Positions 1 to 13,343 of a stretch of DNA of 64,000 nucleotides are shown here, piece by piece. The stretch spans positions 47,740,001 through 47,804,000 of the forward strand of contig CM060733.1 in NCBI GenBank assembly GCA_030704615.1. Direction: 5' to 3'. Every line of letters begins with the position of its first letter. Within the stretch, counting starts at the first letter, position 1. The stretch comes from Takakia lepidozioides (lineage: Eukaryota > Plantae > Bryophyta). The position numbers were made by a program, and so were the translations under genes. The notes below the pieces were generated by a model that saw only the letters and a program-made list of their open reading frames with translations, was not told where the DNA came from and did not search any database.

Positions 1-554
1 TGTAGAAGGCCTTGTTTAGTACCTGCAGAATCCATGAAAATGTAGAGATGGCTCAACGTGCAGCAATATCTATCCTCAAGTGGAATGAACAGGATGCCGC
101 GACTTATGTTGCTATCAAACATCTATGCTGCAGCTGGCAGGTGGGTTGATACTGTAAAGGTGAGAAGAATGATGAAGGTCAGAGGGGTTGAAAAGGAGCC
201 AGGTCGCTGTGCATCCCAGAATTAAGGAAATCCATGCTCAGCTGAGAAGATTGTCTGGGAAGATGAAGAGGCGGGGTATGTGCCTGACAGGCGCTTTGTA
301 TTGCATGATGTGGGAAGGAGGAAAATGAATTTTCTCTTTGCCACCACAGTGAGAAGCTGGCCATTGGTTTTGGGCTGATCAGCATGACCCCTAGGACGCC
401 TCTCCGTCTCATTAAGAATCTTCGAGTGTGTGGTGACTACCACACCTCCACCAAATTCATCTCAAAGATTGTTGGCCGAGCAATTGTTGTACGGGACGCT
501 AACCGCTTTCACCACTTTGAAGATGGGATTTGTTCTTGTGGTGATTACTGGTGA
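1..554 (+). pseudogene. 3' end of PLS-class PPR protein (E/E+/DYW deaminase domain), disrupted
   Basis: Manual translation across frameshifts gives ALFSTCRIHENVEMAQRAA...(L)SNIYAAAGRW..VRRMMKVRGVEKEPG...[13 protein letters not shown]...[69 protein letters not shown] (TGA 552-554). Lesions: TAG at 3-5 where W is expected, several frameshifts, a deletion after the PG box, and CxxC changed to CGDY. Confidence 0.9.
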
Positions 555-1330
555 AAGGATGTCTTTTTGGAAAGATGCGAGTGTCTTGCTTCATTCATTG
601 ATCTGTGACTTAGCTACTCACACCATCCACCATTTCCCGAAAGTATTGACCATGATGTACTGTTGAGTGCATTTCCTGTGCCATAAATCCACAGGAAATG
701 ATAGTGGGGTCTACCCAGCATAGGTGGGAAGTCAGCCCATAATTGCACTTGACTGAAGGGGTGATTTTTGACTGATTCTGGTGACAGTGGATGGAAATTA
801 GAGTGCCTAATTCTAGGTTTGGGTGGTGGAGCTTCTCCAAAGCTTCAAGATGGAAGTGAATACGAATTTTAATGAGCTTGATGAGAGGGGCAGCCCTGTA
901 CACAAGTTTGTTCAACATCTTAAATTTGGACATGTGTTTGTTTCTTGTGGTGGTTTTGGATGGAGCCCTTGATGAACTTGCATGAATATTGTCAAAAGCT
1001 AGCCTTAACCCACCAAGATCCAATCCCATGGTGGATGCTTGAAAGTTCATACAGTGAATGTAAGGGTATTTGGGTATGTTGTTATTGATTGATGCGGCTT
1101 GTGAAAATTGAATATTGAAATGCAGATCTGCCATTTGTTTTCCAGAAAAAAACAAAACATGGGATCTCTGCATGTACCACTGTGGGGATGACCCAGCCCT
1201 TTTTTTGTGAAAAATTGAACATAGTTCTCAGAATTCGTCGCTACTAGTGCGGAGCCACGCGAAGCCCTAGTATATATATACATGTTATCAATAGGTAATT
1301 CCCCTTCATTCATAGAAAATGGAACAACCA

Positions 1331-1400
1331 GTCGGTATAGCTCAGGTGGATAAAGCGGTGAGTGCCAGGTGATTCTGGGTTCAAATCTTGCTACCTTGTC
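1331..1400 (+). other. tRNA-derived (SINE-like) head with Pol III A and B boxes
   Basis: A-box-like TAGCTCAGGTGG at 1338-1349 and B-box-like GGTTCAAATC at 1378-1387 with tRNA-like spacing; no convincing full cloverleaf. Confidence 0.4.
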
Positions 1401-1415
1401 GGGTGTAGTATAATC

Positions 1416-1789
1416 CAGTGTTGGGTGGATATAGAGAGGATATCAATGTATCCGGATGCGGAACACGGCATTTTTTAGGATCCGGGCTAGATGCGTAACC
1501 CGGCGGAAGGAAGAAAAAAGACTTTTTTTCCTCTCCCGCTTTGTTCGCTTCGGCTGTAGATGAAAAAAAACTTCTCTACCTGGTGTAGTACCCGGCGGAT
1601 ATCGGCCAATATCCATCAAATACATGGTGGATCTCAGCCCCAAACTTGATAACCGGATGCGTATTGCATACCCGGATCTGCTGTTTGTCATGTTGGTAAT
1701 ACCCACAACCGGCAGATATCTAAGACCTAAAGTTTTTAATACCCGAAACCGGTGGATATGGAAAAAAGTTAAATATCTGCCCAACTCTC
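1416..1789. mobile_element. Non-autonomous hAT-type element (MITE), 374 bp
   Basis: Imperfect TIRs CAGTGTTGGGTGGATAT / ATATCTGCCCAACTCTC (13 of 17 match). 8-bp TSD GTATAATC (1408-1415) / GTGTAATC (1790-1797). Many internal ATCCGG/CCGGAT subterminal motifs. Confidence 0.75.
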
Positions 1790-1826
1790 GTGTAATCTTC
1801 TCCCCCTTCTCTTGGGCGGTGGCGAG

Positions 1827-2023
1827 GGTTGGTATCCTATGAGCAAAGCATGAGCATGCTCACGTTATATGTATAGGGTAGGGCCATGAGGGGAGGGTAT
1901 TACGGAAATTGAGGTACACAGCCTAGGGCGGGAGGTTGGTATCCTATGAGTAGAGCAGGAGCATGCTCACGTTATATATATATAGGGTAGGGCCCTGAGG
2001 GGAGGGTATTACGGAACTTGAGG
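1827..2023 (+). repeat. Two-copy direct repeat, period about 107 bp
   Basis: GGTTGGTATCCTATGAG...GAGCATGCTCACGTTATAT...GAGGGGAGGGTATTACGGAA.TTGAGG at 1827 and 1934. Confidence 0.8.
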
Positions 2024-2519
2024 GTAGGGCCCTACCCTACCCTACGTAAAGAATTTCTAATAATTCTAAAAAGAAAAACAGAGAGAGGTGTGCATTACGA
2101 CTAACATAATCGGCAGATTTGGAGAACCGGTGCATTATGGACACCATATTGCACTGGTGGCTCAGGCGGGACATTATGAATATTAACGGACATATATTAA
2201 CAAACAAAAATTATTAGAAAACAAAATAAAACCATAGGCAAGTATAGAGAACTGGTGCATTTGTACATCTACGCCAATTCAGCGAGGCGAAACCTTCAGT
2301 AGTGTAGCCAGAAAGAATTTCGCATTGCCGAATGATATGTGATATGGGCACAAACCTAAGCAGCGGTGGGTTTCGCATTGAGAAACCCTTAGTGGTATAG
2401 CTTTGAGTCAAAACTTTCTATACGAAATCCCATCGCCCAACAATCCCACATCCAAAAGGAATGGGTGGGGGCTTTAAAAGTGACACATTCATCCTTTTAG
2501 CTACAGTGTGATGTCGATT

Positions 2520-2677
2520 GAAAACTGAGACCATGGATGGCGTTTTAAATGAAAACTCAGCTGCTGCCATGGATGAAAATTGAAAATTGAGTCCACGGAT
2601 GCCGTTTTAAATGAAAACTCAGCCGCTGTCATGGATGAAAAGTGAAAACTGAGTCCATGGATGACGTTTTAAGTGAA
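2520..2677 (+). repeat. About 62-bp tandem repeat (2.5 copies) with GGATGAAAA motifs
   Basis: GAAAACTGAG.CCATGGATG.CGTTTTAAATGAAAACTCAGC repeated. The same GGATGAAAA motif family occurs at 10780-11330, 12990-13340 and 38940-39290. Confidence 0.7.
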
Positions 2678-4786
2678 TATCATGTTTAGATTTGTTTTCT
2701 ATTTTATATTTGTTTTTCTAATTTTCAATTCAAATTAGGCACTCTTGTCAAAAATAATTTATTCTGATTAGGCAACTTTTTTTCGAATTAATTTCTGCCT
2801 AGCCGGCTATCCCACTACGGTACCTTTGACAGAGGAAAAAAAAATTTGTAATTTTCTTTTTAAAGAAAAGGGATTGGAGACCCATTTAACTTTATAGAAA
2901 GGTGTGGACATAAAGTCCAAGATTACAAGAGGAAAAAATAACTTCGAAAAGGGTGCCATAGAGGCTGATAAAGGAAGGCAATGCTTCCTTACCAAGAGCA
3001 GCAGCCTGCAGAGAAAGATAAAGAGAGAAGGCTAAAAAGCCTGACGTCTAGAAGACACTAAGGGAGATCAAGAGGTGATCAAGAGAGATCAGCTGCAGAC
3101 TGCAGCAACTTGGAAGCAGGGTCTTCCTAGATCAGCCTCTATGACACCTGGTTGATGAGGTTATTTTTTCCTCATGCTCTGTCTTGTGTTTTATCCCCTT
3201 TTTATGAATAAAGTATTTAAATTTTATTTTATTTTTAAAAAGGAAGGAGATCACTGGAAAAAGAATGAACTAAGGATCAAAGCAGGGGTGGTGAAGCTGG
3301 AGCCACAGAGGGCAGCTTCATATCAGGGATAGGCAACTTAAAAAGGAACATGTAACAGCAGAAAGCCTAAAGTAGACTCTCTGAAAACCAAAGGACCAGA
3401 ATGTAATTTGATCTGATTGAGAATGTCAATGAATGAATGAATGAATATCCCATATCCCATGATTCACCATTTAAAATAATATTGATTATATATTCTGGAT
3501 ATATCGATCAATCAGCTTTATAGGGCCACATTGAATTATTTATATATACATATATTCTGCTTGGCGGGAGCCGGATGAAATTAGTCGTAGACAAGAGCTG
3601 ACGATGTTCACCTACACATGATCATCCATCCAGTCGGGAAAAGCATGCCTATATTTGCCACCGGCGAAACCGACTGCCGCCGGTACTTTCGGCGACATAA
3701 TTACGCGTGCAGAACGTGCTGCTCATGTTCCCATTATGGGAACATGTTCGCAAGAAGTCAGGTGGATGGATAGAGGATGCAATCGGGTAAATCTGAGCCG
3801 CTGCCCATGTCTCTTTGTTGCTGTGCAGAGACGAGGATGGAATCCCAGAGAGAACAGGTCGTTCTTATCAATCCTAGCTTCCATCTAGTAGAGAAAAAGA
3901 GAGCTCCAGTAAGTTAGGTATGTGCTCGTAATCTTGCCTCCTTCTCATTGAGAGAGTATTGAACAACGGGACTCTGCATCGCGCTTGTTGCGCAACCAAG
4001 TTCTCAACATGACCAATAGAACGTTCCAATATAGTCTCCAAGGTTTCAAACGCCGCCTTGATCCTGCACAAAAACCACAATCTGCAGGGAGCCTCAACCA
4101 ACATTCTGCTTTTCCGCCGTGTTTTCAGCAAGATGAAGAAATGTAAGACAAATTCTGCCCAAGTTGTGGAATTCTAATTTAGGCCAGTGAAGTACAATCT
4201 ATATTCACATGTAGGATACTACTCTCTGCCAGGAGTAATCGAGAGTTCACATGCATGCAAACTCATGAGCTCTGGCTTCCCGACGCAGATTATATTACAT
4301 ACACATAAATTACTTGTGTTGATTTCCACATGTCCCAATTCAATCTCTAGTTCCTGAAAATACTTCTCAAGGGCAGGTGAGCTACACCAATTTGAGAGTT
4401 GTGAATTGACTTCTGAATCTGCAGAGACATATCAGTAATTCTGTACTATAGAGTAGGCAGTGGCTCTTAGTTATCTCTCTCTCTCTCTCATACTTTTCCG
4501 GCTTTTCTTGTTATGCCAAATTCCAATGGTTCAATCCACCAATTGGTCTCACAAAGATCTCTACCTTCCCACTAGAAAGCAGTCGCCCTTTGGAGCCAAG
4601 AGACATTATAATTTACGCACCAACATTTTCCCCCTTCCCTTGGGCAGTGTCCCATGCGAAAGCCTTCACGGCAAGGTTACTCTGAAAGAGGTTATTTTAA
4701 TTTCCTCTCACTATAATTAAGGGGCCTTTGTGAGCTGTCGCTCCCAAGTGTTTCTTTCTAAAACAAAAATAAATAAATAAAATACG

Positions 4787-5865
4787 TTTTGTTTTTAAAT
4801 GAACAAGGGACAGAGGCCCTGGGAAACTTTATTTGGGGTTATTGGAGGGAGAGAAAAAAAAAAAAAACAAACAAACAAAAAACAAAAAACCCTCATATCA
4901 CACCATGAGGCACACACACCGTAGTCAATGAATACACGAACCTTGCTACTTTATGAAGAGTAAATACGACTATGCCACTTTGTCAGAGAATAATGTGATT
5001 TTTATACTAGTTGTAGCTAGAGTAAATGTGAGCTTGCCACTCCTAGCAAAGTAAATGTTGAAGCACCGGATGGCCCTGCTTAGAGAAAGATCGTGGAGAT
5101 CAGCTGAGATTTGTAGGAAAAGTACAAACTGTATGAGTGAGACCGATGAGAAGTCATCATTAACGGAAGTGTAGCCTTGATGGCCTTGATGCTTGTTTGA
5201 CGTGTTTCCAGTTCACATCTCTATCGAACTCCGGCGAGGTGGTGGATTATACCATTGAGGTTGCTCCAGCTTGCAGGCGGCTGCCTGTTCCATTCACAGT
5301 GTTCAATGGCGGAGCTGTGGCAAATGACTCTTTGATGGGCCTAGGTAGCTGTAAAGACGGAGTGGAGTTGCCCTCCATTGCGAGGGGATCTTTTAATGTC
5401 AGCGTTGAGCTAATCCCAAGCTTTCATGGATTCTGTGAGGAGGACATTATAGACAAAAGAGATGAGAGCAGAGATAGAGCAGGTTGTTCCCGAGAATATT
5501 TTGGTGTTTCTTGCTCTCCAGATATGCCAAAGGGCTAAGCTTCTGAGGGTGTCATAGATCGGGCAGTCAATGGATTTTTGTTTGTTGGTCTGGTCATAGT
5601 TGAGCAATATTGATAGCGGTGATGTGGTCTGGGGATTCGAAGAACGGTAGAAGCCACGAATGTGGGGCCAGATCGTTGAGGAAGCATAGCAGTGTAACGT
5701 CAAACAATGCTCTAGAGATTCAATGGTTGCTGAGGATCTGTGAGGCCTGAGTAAGCTTGTTTGGTAGTGTATGAGAAGAATGGAGAGGGTGTTCGTCTAA
5801 AAGGCCATGTCCACTCGTTGGGGTCGAAAGGGAGATCAATGGTCTGCCCAATATCCATACAAATC
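4787..5865 (-). mobile_element. 5'-truncated L1/Tx1-clade LINE (ORF2 C-terminus plus 3' UTR)
   Basis: Minus-strand peptides WTWPF...FFSYTTKQAY and LALWHIWRARNTKIF are typical of the zf-RVT region of L1-clade ORF2. AATAAA at 4828-4833 (minus) is followed by an A-rich tail at about 4787-4796. Confidence 0.7.
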
Positions 5866-8090
5866 GACTCAGCGCTATCCGATGAGCCTGATGACTCCGC
5901 GCCCTTTGCCAGAGCACGTAAATGAGGCGGCGTTCCCCTAAGTCCCACAGAGCTCTCATCCAATCCCTAGGCATGACCCTCGACCTCATCCATACTAGTG
6001 CCCTGTAGTGCACTCATCCCCTCTGTGTTGGCCATGTTCTTCATGAGGGATTGCCAACCATGCTCCTTGGCTTAGTTGTACTCTACCGGAGATGGCTTCC
6101 TCTCAAATGCGCGTTGCTACACATGCCACAAATTAAAGTCAGTTCTTCGCGATAATGGAGCCAGAAGGAAGACATAACAAAATCCATAGGGAAGTACGAC
6201 TTACAAATCGCAAGATAAAACCCGTGGATCCGCCGGCGCCCCACTTGTGTGTGGATTCGTGCTTGTCAAGGCAGACTGTTGTTGCTTCACGTGCCCGGTC
6301 AAATTTGGCCTTGTTTGCGGCAGCAGTCTCTCCCGCAATGAGTGCATCCCACGATACCTATGCCCCCCCCCCCCCACACAATTAGTGAATTACACACATA
6401 CGTTGCATCGAATCCACCTCATTAATGCACATGCGACAAATGGAAGGTGACATGATTCAGGATTTGCCAACCTGTGTAATTCCATAAGGTGGTTTGGGTA
6501 TGGCCCCCTTTTCCATTGCCCTCCGAATGATCTGTCTAGCACGGTACCTCCTGTCCTTCAAGTTTCGCCCCACCATCTCCATCACCCTTGTGTCACTCCA
6601 ATTGCTCGGAAACCGGCGGTCTAACTCACGGGCATACGCCCGCTTCGCGCCAAAGTGCTGATCAGCCCACTCGATGTGCAAAGGGAACCACCTCAATGCG
6701 AGTTCAAAGGCTGGATTCTTCATAGCCTCCCAGAACGCACCGCAAGGGTCACTTTGGCGATTCACCTCCACCGGTGGCACCACAATCTTTGCCAACTCCA
6801 CGTCCTGTATCGCCAAGGCCATCCCACCCTCTCCCTTCTTTGTAGCCTCCTTCCCCTGCTCCTTTGTTACCCCACTGCCCTCCCCCGCATGCACACTCCC
6901 CTTCCTCTCCATGGGACTTCTTTTTCTTCTTCTTCTTTTCCTTCCCCTTCTCCACGACCATCTCCTTCCCCTTCCCCGCTACTTCCTCTCTCTCCTTCTC
7001 CCTCTCCCTTCTCTCTCTATCCTCGGCAGCCCCTTCATTGATGGTAAAAGGGATCTCGGGAGATCGAGGCCTCTTCTTCTTACATTTGGTGTTCGGGTCC
7101 TTCATGAACACCACGTGCTCTCCCTCATTGGCAACCCCACTGGACTGCACCAATGAGGCCAGCCATGTTGCTTCCTCCTGAAGACAAATAACCCCTCCAA
7201 ATTCAAAAAAAAGAAACAAACAACAAAGAAAATCATGCATGCAAAGGAAAGGATAAATCATGGAACAAGGTGCGACAGTTGTACCTTTGCAAGCTTGTCC
7301 GACTCGCCCCTGCTGTCACCCGATGTGGGAGGAGTCCCCATTTCCGGATGTGCCCGCTCTATCCCCTCCCAGAGCGCCACTGGAAGTAGATTCCAGATGT
7401 GGATCATAGCCGCCGCCGGCGCCCCGTAGTCCAGGCCCTTCTTTGCTGACCACTCAGGCTCAGGGGGCGGTGTCGCTGATCGGCTAGGCTGCTCTAAACC
7501 GGCCCATACCTCCTCCTCTTCCCCCCCCCCCCCCCCCAAATGTGTATCAGGGTAGAAGCCCTCACCCAGCTTGACTTCTTTGAGGCGCTTCCCTATCTTG
7601 GCCACTTCATTGGCCCTCCTCGTCTCCTCCTCCCTTGTCGACAACAATGGGCTGGCAATGGAGGCTTTCAAAGGCCCTTGAACCTGACGTTGGGCCTTTG
7701 CAAGTGCAGCCTTTGCTGCGGAGGAAGGGGTCGCTATGGGGGTGACATCCAAAAGTTGCCCATACCGGGCCCCCAAACCGGTGATGTGCTTGCCAAGGTA
7801 CATTTCACCCGTCTTGGTGGCCGGGGGTGTGCTCAACTGAGCATCCGGCTCAGCAACAACCTCCCAAATAGGAGAGCTGGTTGAGCCGGCCCCTGGCGCA
7901 TCCAAGATGTGGACAAGAGGGGGGGTACTGGCCTCGGGGGGCAGACGAGCCCTCCGGCTGCGGCTGTCGACGGGGCTGGTTAGCCGTGAGACGCCCTGGC
8001 GCGTCACACGTGCCGGTAGAGCAAACGGATTGTCCGCCCCTTTCTTTGGGGCAGGGACTTCTTCTCTTTCCCCATAAGCTGGCACCTGTC
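5866..8090 (-). pseudogene. CACTA TnpA/Ptta-like (Transposase_24-like) multi-exon gene, copy A
   Basis: Spliced exons: MPAYGEREE..., then ...FWEAMKNPAFELALRWFP...NLKDRRYRARQ...KPPYGITQ|GT, then VSWDALIAG...KFDRAREA...HESTHKWGAGG...F|GT, then QRAFERKPSPVEY. The W...HxxG...REP pattern matches En/Spm ORF2. It has premature stops, the 3' end is replaced by the LINE, and there is a close paralog at 24378-38612. Confidence 0.55.
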
Positions 8091-8419
8091 ATGCAAACCC
8101 ACAAATTGCCCTCATTAGGAACATTCCAGATCAAAAACAAAAAAAACCAAGCATGTCGGGGGCTGAGAGCAGCAAGTGCTCGGGGTCTCGAGAGGGGGAA
8201 ACAAAGAGAAAAGAAAAAGGTGGGGGGGGGGGGGGAGTGACTGAGCACCACGGGCTCAGTCGTTCCCCCCCCCCCCCCCATTTTTCTTTTTTTTGGTTTC
8301 CTGATCTCTGTCCCTCTCTCCATCTCCCTCTCTCTCTCTCTCCCTCTCTCTCCCTCCATCTTTTTTTCGCTGTTCACAAAAGTAAACAAACCACAAGGGA
8401 GAGAGGGTGCAGAAAAAGT

Positions 8420-9145
8420 TAAAAGATTGTACTCATAAGACGTTGTTTGCCGTAGCCTTGTGGCCATTGACCCCGCGCCCAGTTTGAGCGGAAACAAAAG
8501 GGACAGAACCTGCCTCTGTCAGGGGCTGACGTTGGTAGTAAGACTTACCTTCATATATAGAATTAATCTGGGTTTTCCAGATATCCTCTAGAAATCCCTT
8601 CACACAAGCATCAAACTGTTGTGTGTGATTTGCCCAATAACTAGGCCTCAGGAGGGCCTGGGCTTTTGGCTCAGCCTTGAGACTTTCAAAGTTGGTAAAC
8701 AGAGGTACAGGCACAATTCCCTTGATAGATTTGAAGAGAGCGTCTCTTTGGTGAAAGAACCCCGGACAGTGTATCAGAAAATGTGTATTGTCTTCAGATT
8801 GCCCACACAACGGGCAATTGCACTCTCCCTTTCCTCTCTGCTTCTGTTTGCTGTTCAAAGGTAGGCTTCCTGCCCTGAGTTTAAATTTCAGTCTAGTGCC
8901 GAGAGTGGGTAGACCCTTGAGGTCATCCAAGATGTCCTCCCCCATGTCACTGACTGGAAACAAGTTCAGGGAAGTTTTTTGCCTTACTTCATTTTCATCA
9001 GACAATCTCATGGCAACAGACATGGCTTTGGACACTACAGCCTCTAAGTCAGATTTATCAACCCATACTGCAGATCCATACTCCAAGGCAGGTCTAATAA
9101 TGCGACAAAGCATGGTTTTCTTAACCTCAGAGTTGACCCCTCTAC
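8420..9145 (-). mobile_element. Non-LTR retrotransposon ORF2 C-terminal module (internally deleted)
   Basis: ORF 8433-9113: IIRPALEYGSAVW (late RT/thumb motif) joined directly to LKFKLRAGSLPLN...CPLCGQSEDNTHFLIHCP (CCHC finger of RTE/L2/CR1-like ORF2). Confidence 0.75.
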
Positions 9146-10778
9146 AGAAAAAGTTAAAAAGAGAGAGGGAAGATATTCACGTCATGTCAAGACATGGACA
9201 AGACCCATAAGGGTCATTGTCAATTAAAGACATAAACAGCCCTGGATAGGGCACTATCTCACATTTCCAGTCTTGTCAAATCATCCCAAAAGACACCACC
9301 CAATCATCCAAGACAAAACAGGGTGGGAGGGCGGGGTTTGTTCTTGTGTGGGACAAGATAAGATATTGTTGTCCCTGTGCATGTTGCAAGGCCTCTTGGT
9401 TCAGCCTGTACATATACCAGCAGCTTACCAATTCAGCCATTAATTATGGCAGGTCATGCATCAGCCAAGGCATAAGGACCAGCCTGCATTTTGTCAGAAT
9501 CTCAGTATCCCACCAAGCAGTCCAACTTGATCCAAATGAAGTAGATTCCATATCATTTGTATTCACCCCGAGATATGTGATCATACAAGGTATCAAGGGA
9601 ATGTGAATGCAGCCTGTCAGATTGAAGGTTCAAGACTTGTACCAACAAACAGCATGAACAACCGAGATCCAGCCTCCTTTGTATAAAAAACAGATGGCAG
9701 GTCATAGGCCTGATGTCATGACAGATCCAAAACAGTAGGTAGGATTCCATTGCAGCTTACCATCCTCATCCTTCAGGAGTTCCATGCTAAGACATGCAAA
9801 GAACACCTTACTACGATCCAGTACACATCAGAAGTAGGCCTAACAAAGAGCAGGGCAGTACCCTACCAGGCTGCCGCCTTAAACTTCAAGGCCATCAGAT
9901 CCATAGTTACCCAAAACCGCCAAAAACATACCACCAAAAACCAGATCCTCTTTGGCCAAAATAACTTACAACCTAGCTTAGTAATCCGGAGGCTGTGCTG
10001 TCAAAGATTAAAAGGTAGGGTGTGGTTTGTATGCAAGCCTCAGGAAAGAAGCCCGTCAGGCCGAGCTGCGCATCGGCGGCAGAACGACAAAGGCCAGAAC
10101 GCAGGCTGGAGCATATCAAGTCAAGGGCAGTTGGGTTGAAATCGGGGCTGCAGCCAGCAGCCACCTCACAGCGCGCACAACCCTAGGTCTCCTCAGCCCA
10201 TATCCCAATCTGCATGCTCAAGAAACTTCAAAGTAGGTGAGGATCCTCACCTGGTCCCATCACAAGCCCCCACAAAAACCAACAGGTTAGTGAGGATTGT
10301 GGAACCCCAGGTGAATCACAGACCCTCACACTTGTCATCGATGTCAACTAAGAACCTCAAAAGCAAGAGAAAGAGATAAGAACATGAGAATCCCTAAACT
10401 CCAAAGGCACCTTAAGCGATTGGGGAAGAGGGTTATGCGCCATCACCACCCGCAGCAAGCCGCCTCCACAAAGCACATAAGCAATGAAGCAAAGCAAGCA
10501 CAAACGCAAGGCACTAGAAAAGAGGGAGAGAACTTCCCATCATAAGCATCCTTGCTAAGCACAGAAAAAGCCAGAGGAGGGAAGATGTCACTGCTTTCAT
10601 AGCGGTGTTTCCCGCTGCAAGAGAGACAAGGCGCCGCCTTCGCGCCCCCCCAGGCGCTCGTCCAGCATGGGTACGACACCACAAACGGGGCAGCCACCGA
10701 AGCACGTCCGCCATAACATTCTCCTCGTGAGCTCAGAAGCACATCGATCGCGTGCTTTTGACAGCGGGAGAGACGACA

Positions 10779-13343
10779 TAGGGTTATCCCCGATTTTTCA
10801 TCCATGGATGAAAAACGGTAGAACGAATCCATATACCCTGACGGATTTCATCCATAGCAAGGTTAAAAATAGGTTTTGGGGTAGGGGTTAGGGTTTCCAC
10901 CGTAATTAATCATAATTAGGGGTAGTAAAGATCAATTCCAAGTCATAATCACATCACCCATAGACAGCTCACTTGTGTCAGGATGAAAAAGTATGGAATA
11001 TCATCCGTGGCAGTGCCTTACCTCCATCTAGGTAATTCTATCATTCCTTTCCAAACCATCCGGTATGGATAACAAGAGTCAATAAAAGAGGAATGAAAAA
11101 TTATCACCCTGGTAGTTTTTCATCCGGTACGGATGGGAAAACAGGATGTTGTTGGCAACCTCCATAGAGGTAATTCTTTTCTTCCATGGTGACTCATCCG
11201 GTATGGATGAGAGTCAATAGAGGAGGAATGAAAAGGCCAAAAGAACCATCCTAGAGGTAATTCAATGTCCATCCTGGTGGCTCATCCGGTATGGATGAAA
11301 AAGCCTGATAGAGGAACAAAAAATCTACACTGATAGGAAACTGCCAATTCCCAGTAGAGAGGGAGACAGAGGGAGAGAGGGGGCAACAATGAAAAAAAAT
11401 GGGTTGGGGGGGGGGGGGTGTCAGATGGTGGGGTCAGCTGCAGCATATGTCCAACACCAGATATCCTAAGTTAATCGACTCTATATCTTGGAAACAGGAC
11501 CGCCCACCGACCTGTCAAACAGGCTAAGTCCTGGCAGAAGACAGTAGAAGAGATTCTCAAGGACCTGGACCTGGAACCGCAAGTCTTCACCCTACTGGAT
11601 AAATCTGACTTAGAGGCTGTAGTGTCCAACCATGTCTGTTGCCATGAGATTGTCTGATGAAAATGAAGTTCGGCAGAAAACTTCCCTGAACTTGTTTCCA
11701 GTCAGTGACATGGGGGAGGACATCTTGGATGACCTCAAGGGCTACGCACTCTCGGCACTAGACTGAAATTTAAACTCGGGGCAGGAAGCCTATCTTTGAA
11801 CAGCAAACAGAAGCAGAGAGGAAAGGGAGAGTGCAATTGCCCGTTGTGTGGGCAATCTGAAGACAGTACTCATTTTCTGATACACTGTCCGGGGTTCTCT
11901 CACCAAAGAGACGCTCTCTTTAAATCTATCAAGGGAATTGTGCATGTACCTTTGTTTACTAACTTTGAAAGTCTCCAGGCTGAGCCAAAAGCCCAGCCCC
12001 TTCTGAGGCCTAGTTTTTGGGCATCTCACACACAGCAGATTGATGCTTGTGTGAAGGGATTTGTAGAGGATATCTGGAAAACCCGGATAAATTCTATATG
12101 TGAAGGTAAGTCTTACTACCAACGTCAGCCCTTGACAGAGGTAGGATCTGTCCCTTTTGTTTCCCCAAGAAAGGGGGCAACAAAGAAATGTGGGGGGGAG
12201 GGAGTGACTGGGCAGCAGCAGCTCCTTCTGTGCTGCTCTCTTTTAAGCTCCCGACGAGGTAAATTCAAGGTCAGATGGTGGGTTCAGCTGCAACATATGT
12301 CCAACACCAGATATCTTAAATTAATCGACTCTGTATCTTGGAAACAGGACCGCCCACCGACCTGTCAAACAGGCTAAGTCCTGGTAGAAGACAGTAGAAG
12401 AGATTCTCAAGGACCTGGACCTAGAACCGCAAGTCTTCACCCTGTTGGATAAATCTGACTTAGACTCTGTAGTGTCCAACCATGTCTGTGGGCAACCTGA
12501 AGACATTATTCATTTTTTTGATACACTGTCCGGGGTTCTCTCACCAAAGAGACGCTCTCTTCAAATCTATCAAGGGAATTGTGCATGTACCTCTGTTTAC
12601 TAACTTTGAAAAAGTCGAGGCTGAGCCAAAAGCCCAGCCCCTTCTGAGGCCTAGTTTTTGGGCACTCACACACAACAGATTGATGCTTGTGTGAAGGGAT
12701 TTGTAGAGGATATCTGGAAAACCCGGATTAATTCTATATGTGAAGGTAAGTCTTACTACCAACGTCAGCCCCTGACAGAGGTAGGATCTGTCCCTTTTGT
12801 TTCCCCAAGAGAGGGGGCAACAAAGAAAAACAGAGAATGTGGGGGGGGGAGTGACAGCAGCAGCAGCTACTCAGTCACTCCCCCCCCCCCCACCTTCTTT
12901 TCTTTTCTTTGTTGCCCCCTGATGTCTCCCTCTCACTCCCTCTCTCTGTCCCTCTCTCTCCCTCTCTCCCTCTCCCTCTATAAATCTTTGGATTTCATCT
13001 GGCCTTAACTTTTTGAGGTTATTTAGTTTTTCATCCCAGCCTTTTTCATCCAAATCTGGATGATTTTATGATAGGGTGATGAAACTTAATATACAGAAAG
13101 CTGGATTTACCATCTATTTCTTTCATCTAAACTGGATGATCTACATAAATAATGGTTACCTATTATAAAATCCAAGAGAATAATAAAACTACCATCATAA
13201 ATGATGGCAGTTATTAAACCTAAGCCTATTCCATAACCCTAAAAGATACATTTCTATGGGATGTCATCCATTGACAAATTGCCTCTCTTGGTAAAATGAG
13301 ATTTTCATCCACCCTGGATGAAAAATCGGGAAGTTTTGCCCTA
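10779..13343. mobile_element. Putative non-autonomous TIR element with GGATGAAAA subterminal repeats, carrying LINE fragments
   Basis: Left end TAGGGTTATCCCCGATTTTTCATCCA; right end (reverse complement) TAGGGCAAAACTTCCCGATTTTTCATCCA. Repeat arrays at 10780-11330 and 12990-13340. No clean TSD found. Confidence 0.45.
11420..12806 (+). mobile_element. Two tandem LINE ORF2 C-terminal fragments (11420-12165, 12230-12806)
   Basis: High identity to the reverse complement of 8490-9060 (CNCPLCGQSEDSTHFLIHCP...YYQRQPLTE). The second copy has a further internal deletion at about 12490. Confidence 0.8.

Noticed and set aside
1240-1272. Helitron 3' end (hairpin plus CTAG)
   Set aside because: The stem is only about 3 bp and there is no supporting 5' end or Rep/Hel sequence.
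1331-1400. Functional tRNA gene
   Set aside because: The acceptor and anticodon stems do not pair convincingly; only the A/B boxes remain.
3860-4430. Possible minus-strand host exons
   Set aside because: Splice-like signals exist, but there is no recognisable protein and the frames contain stops.
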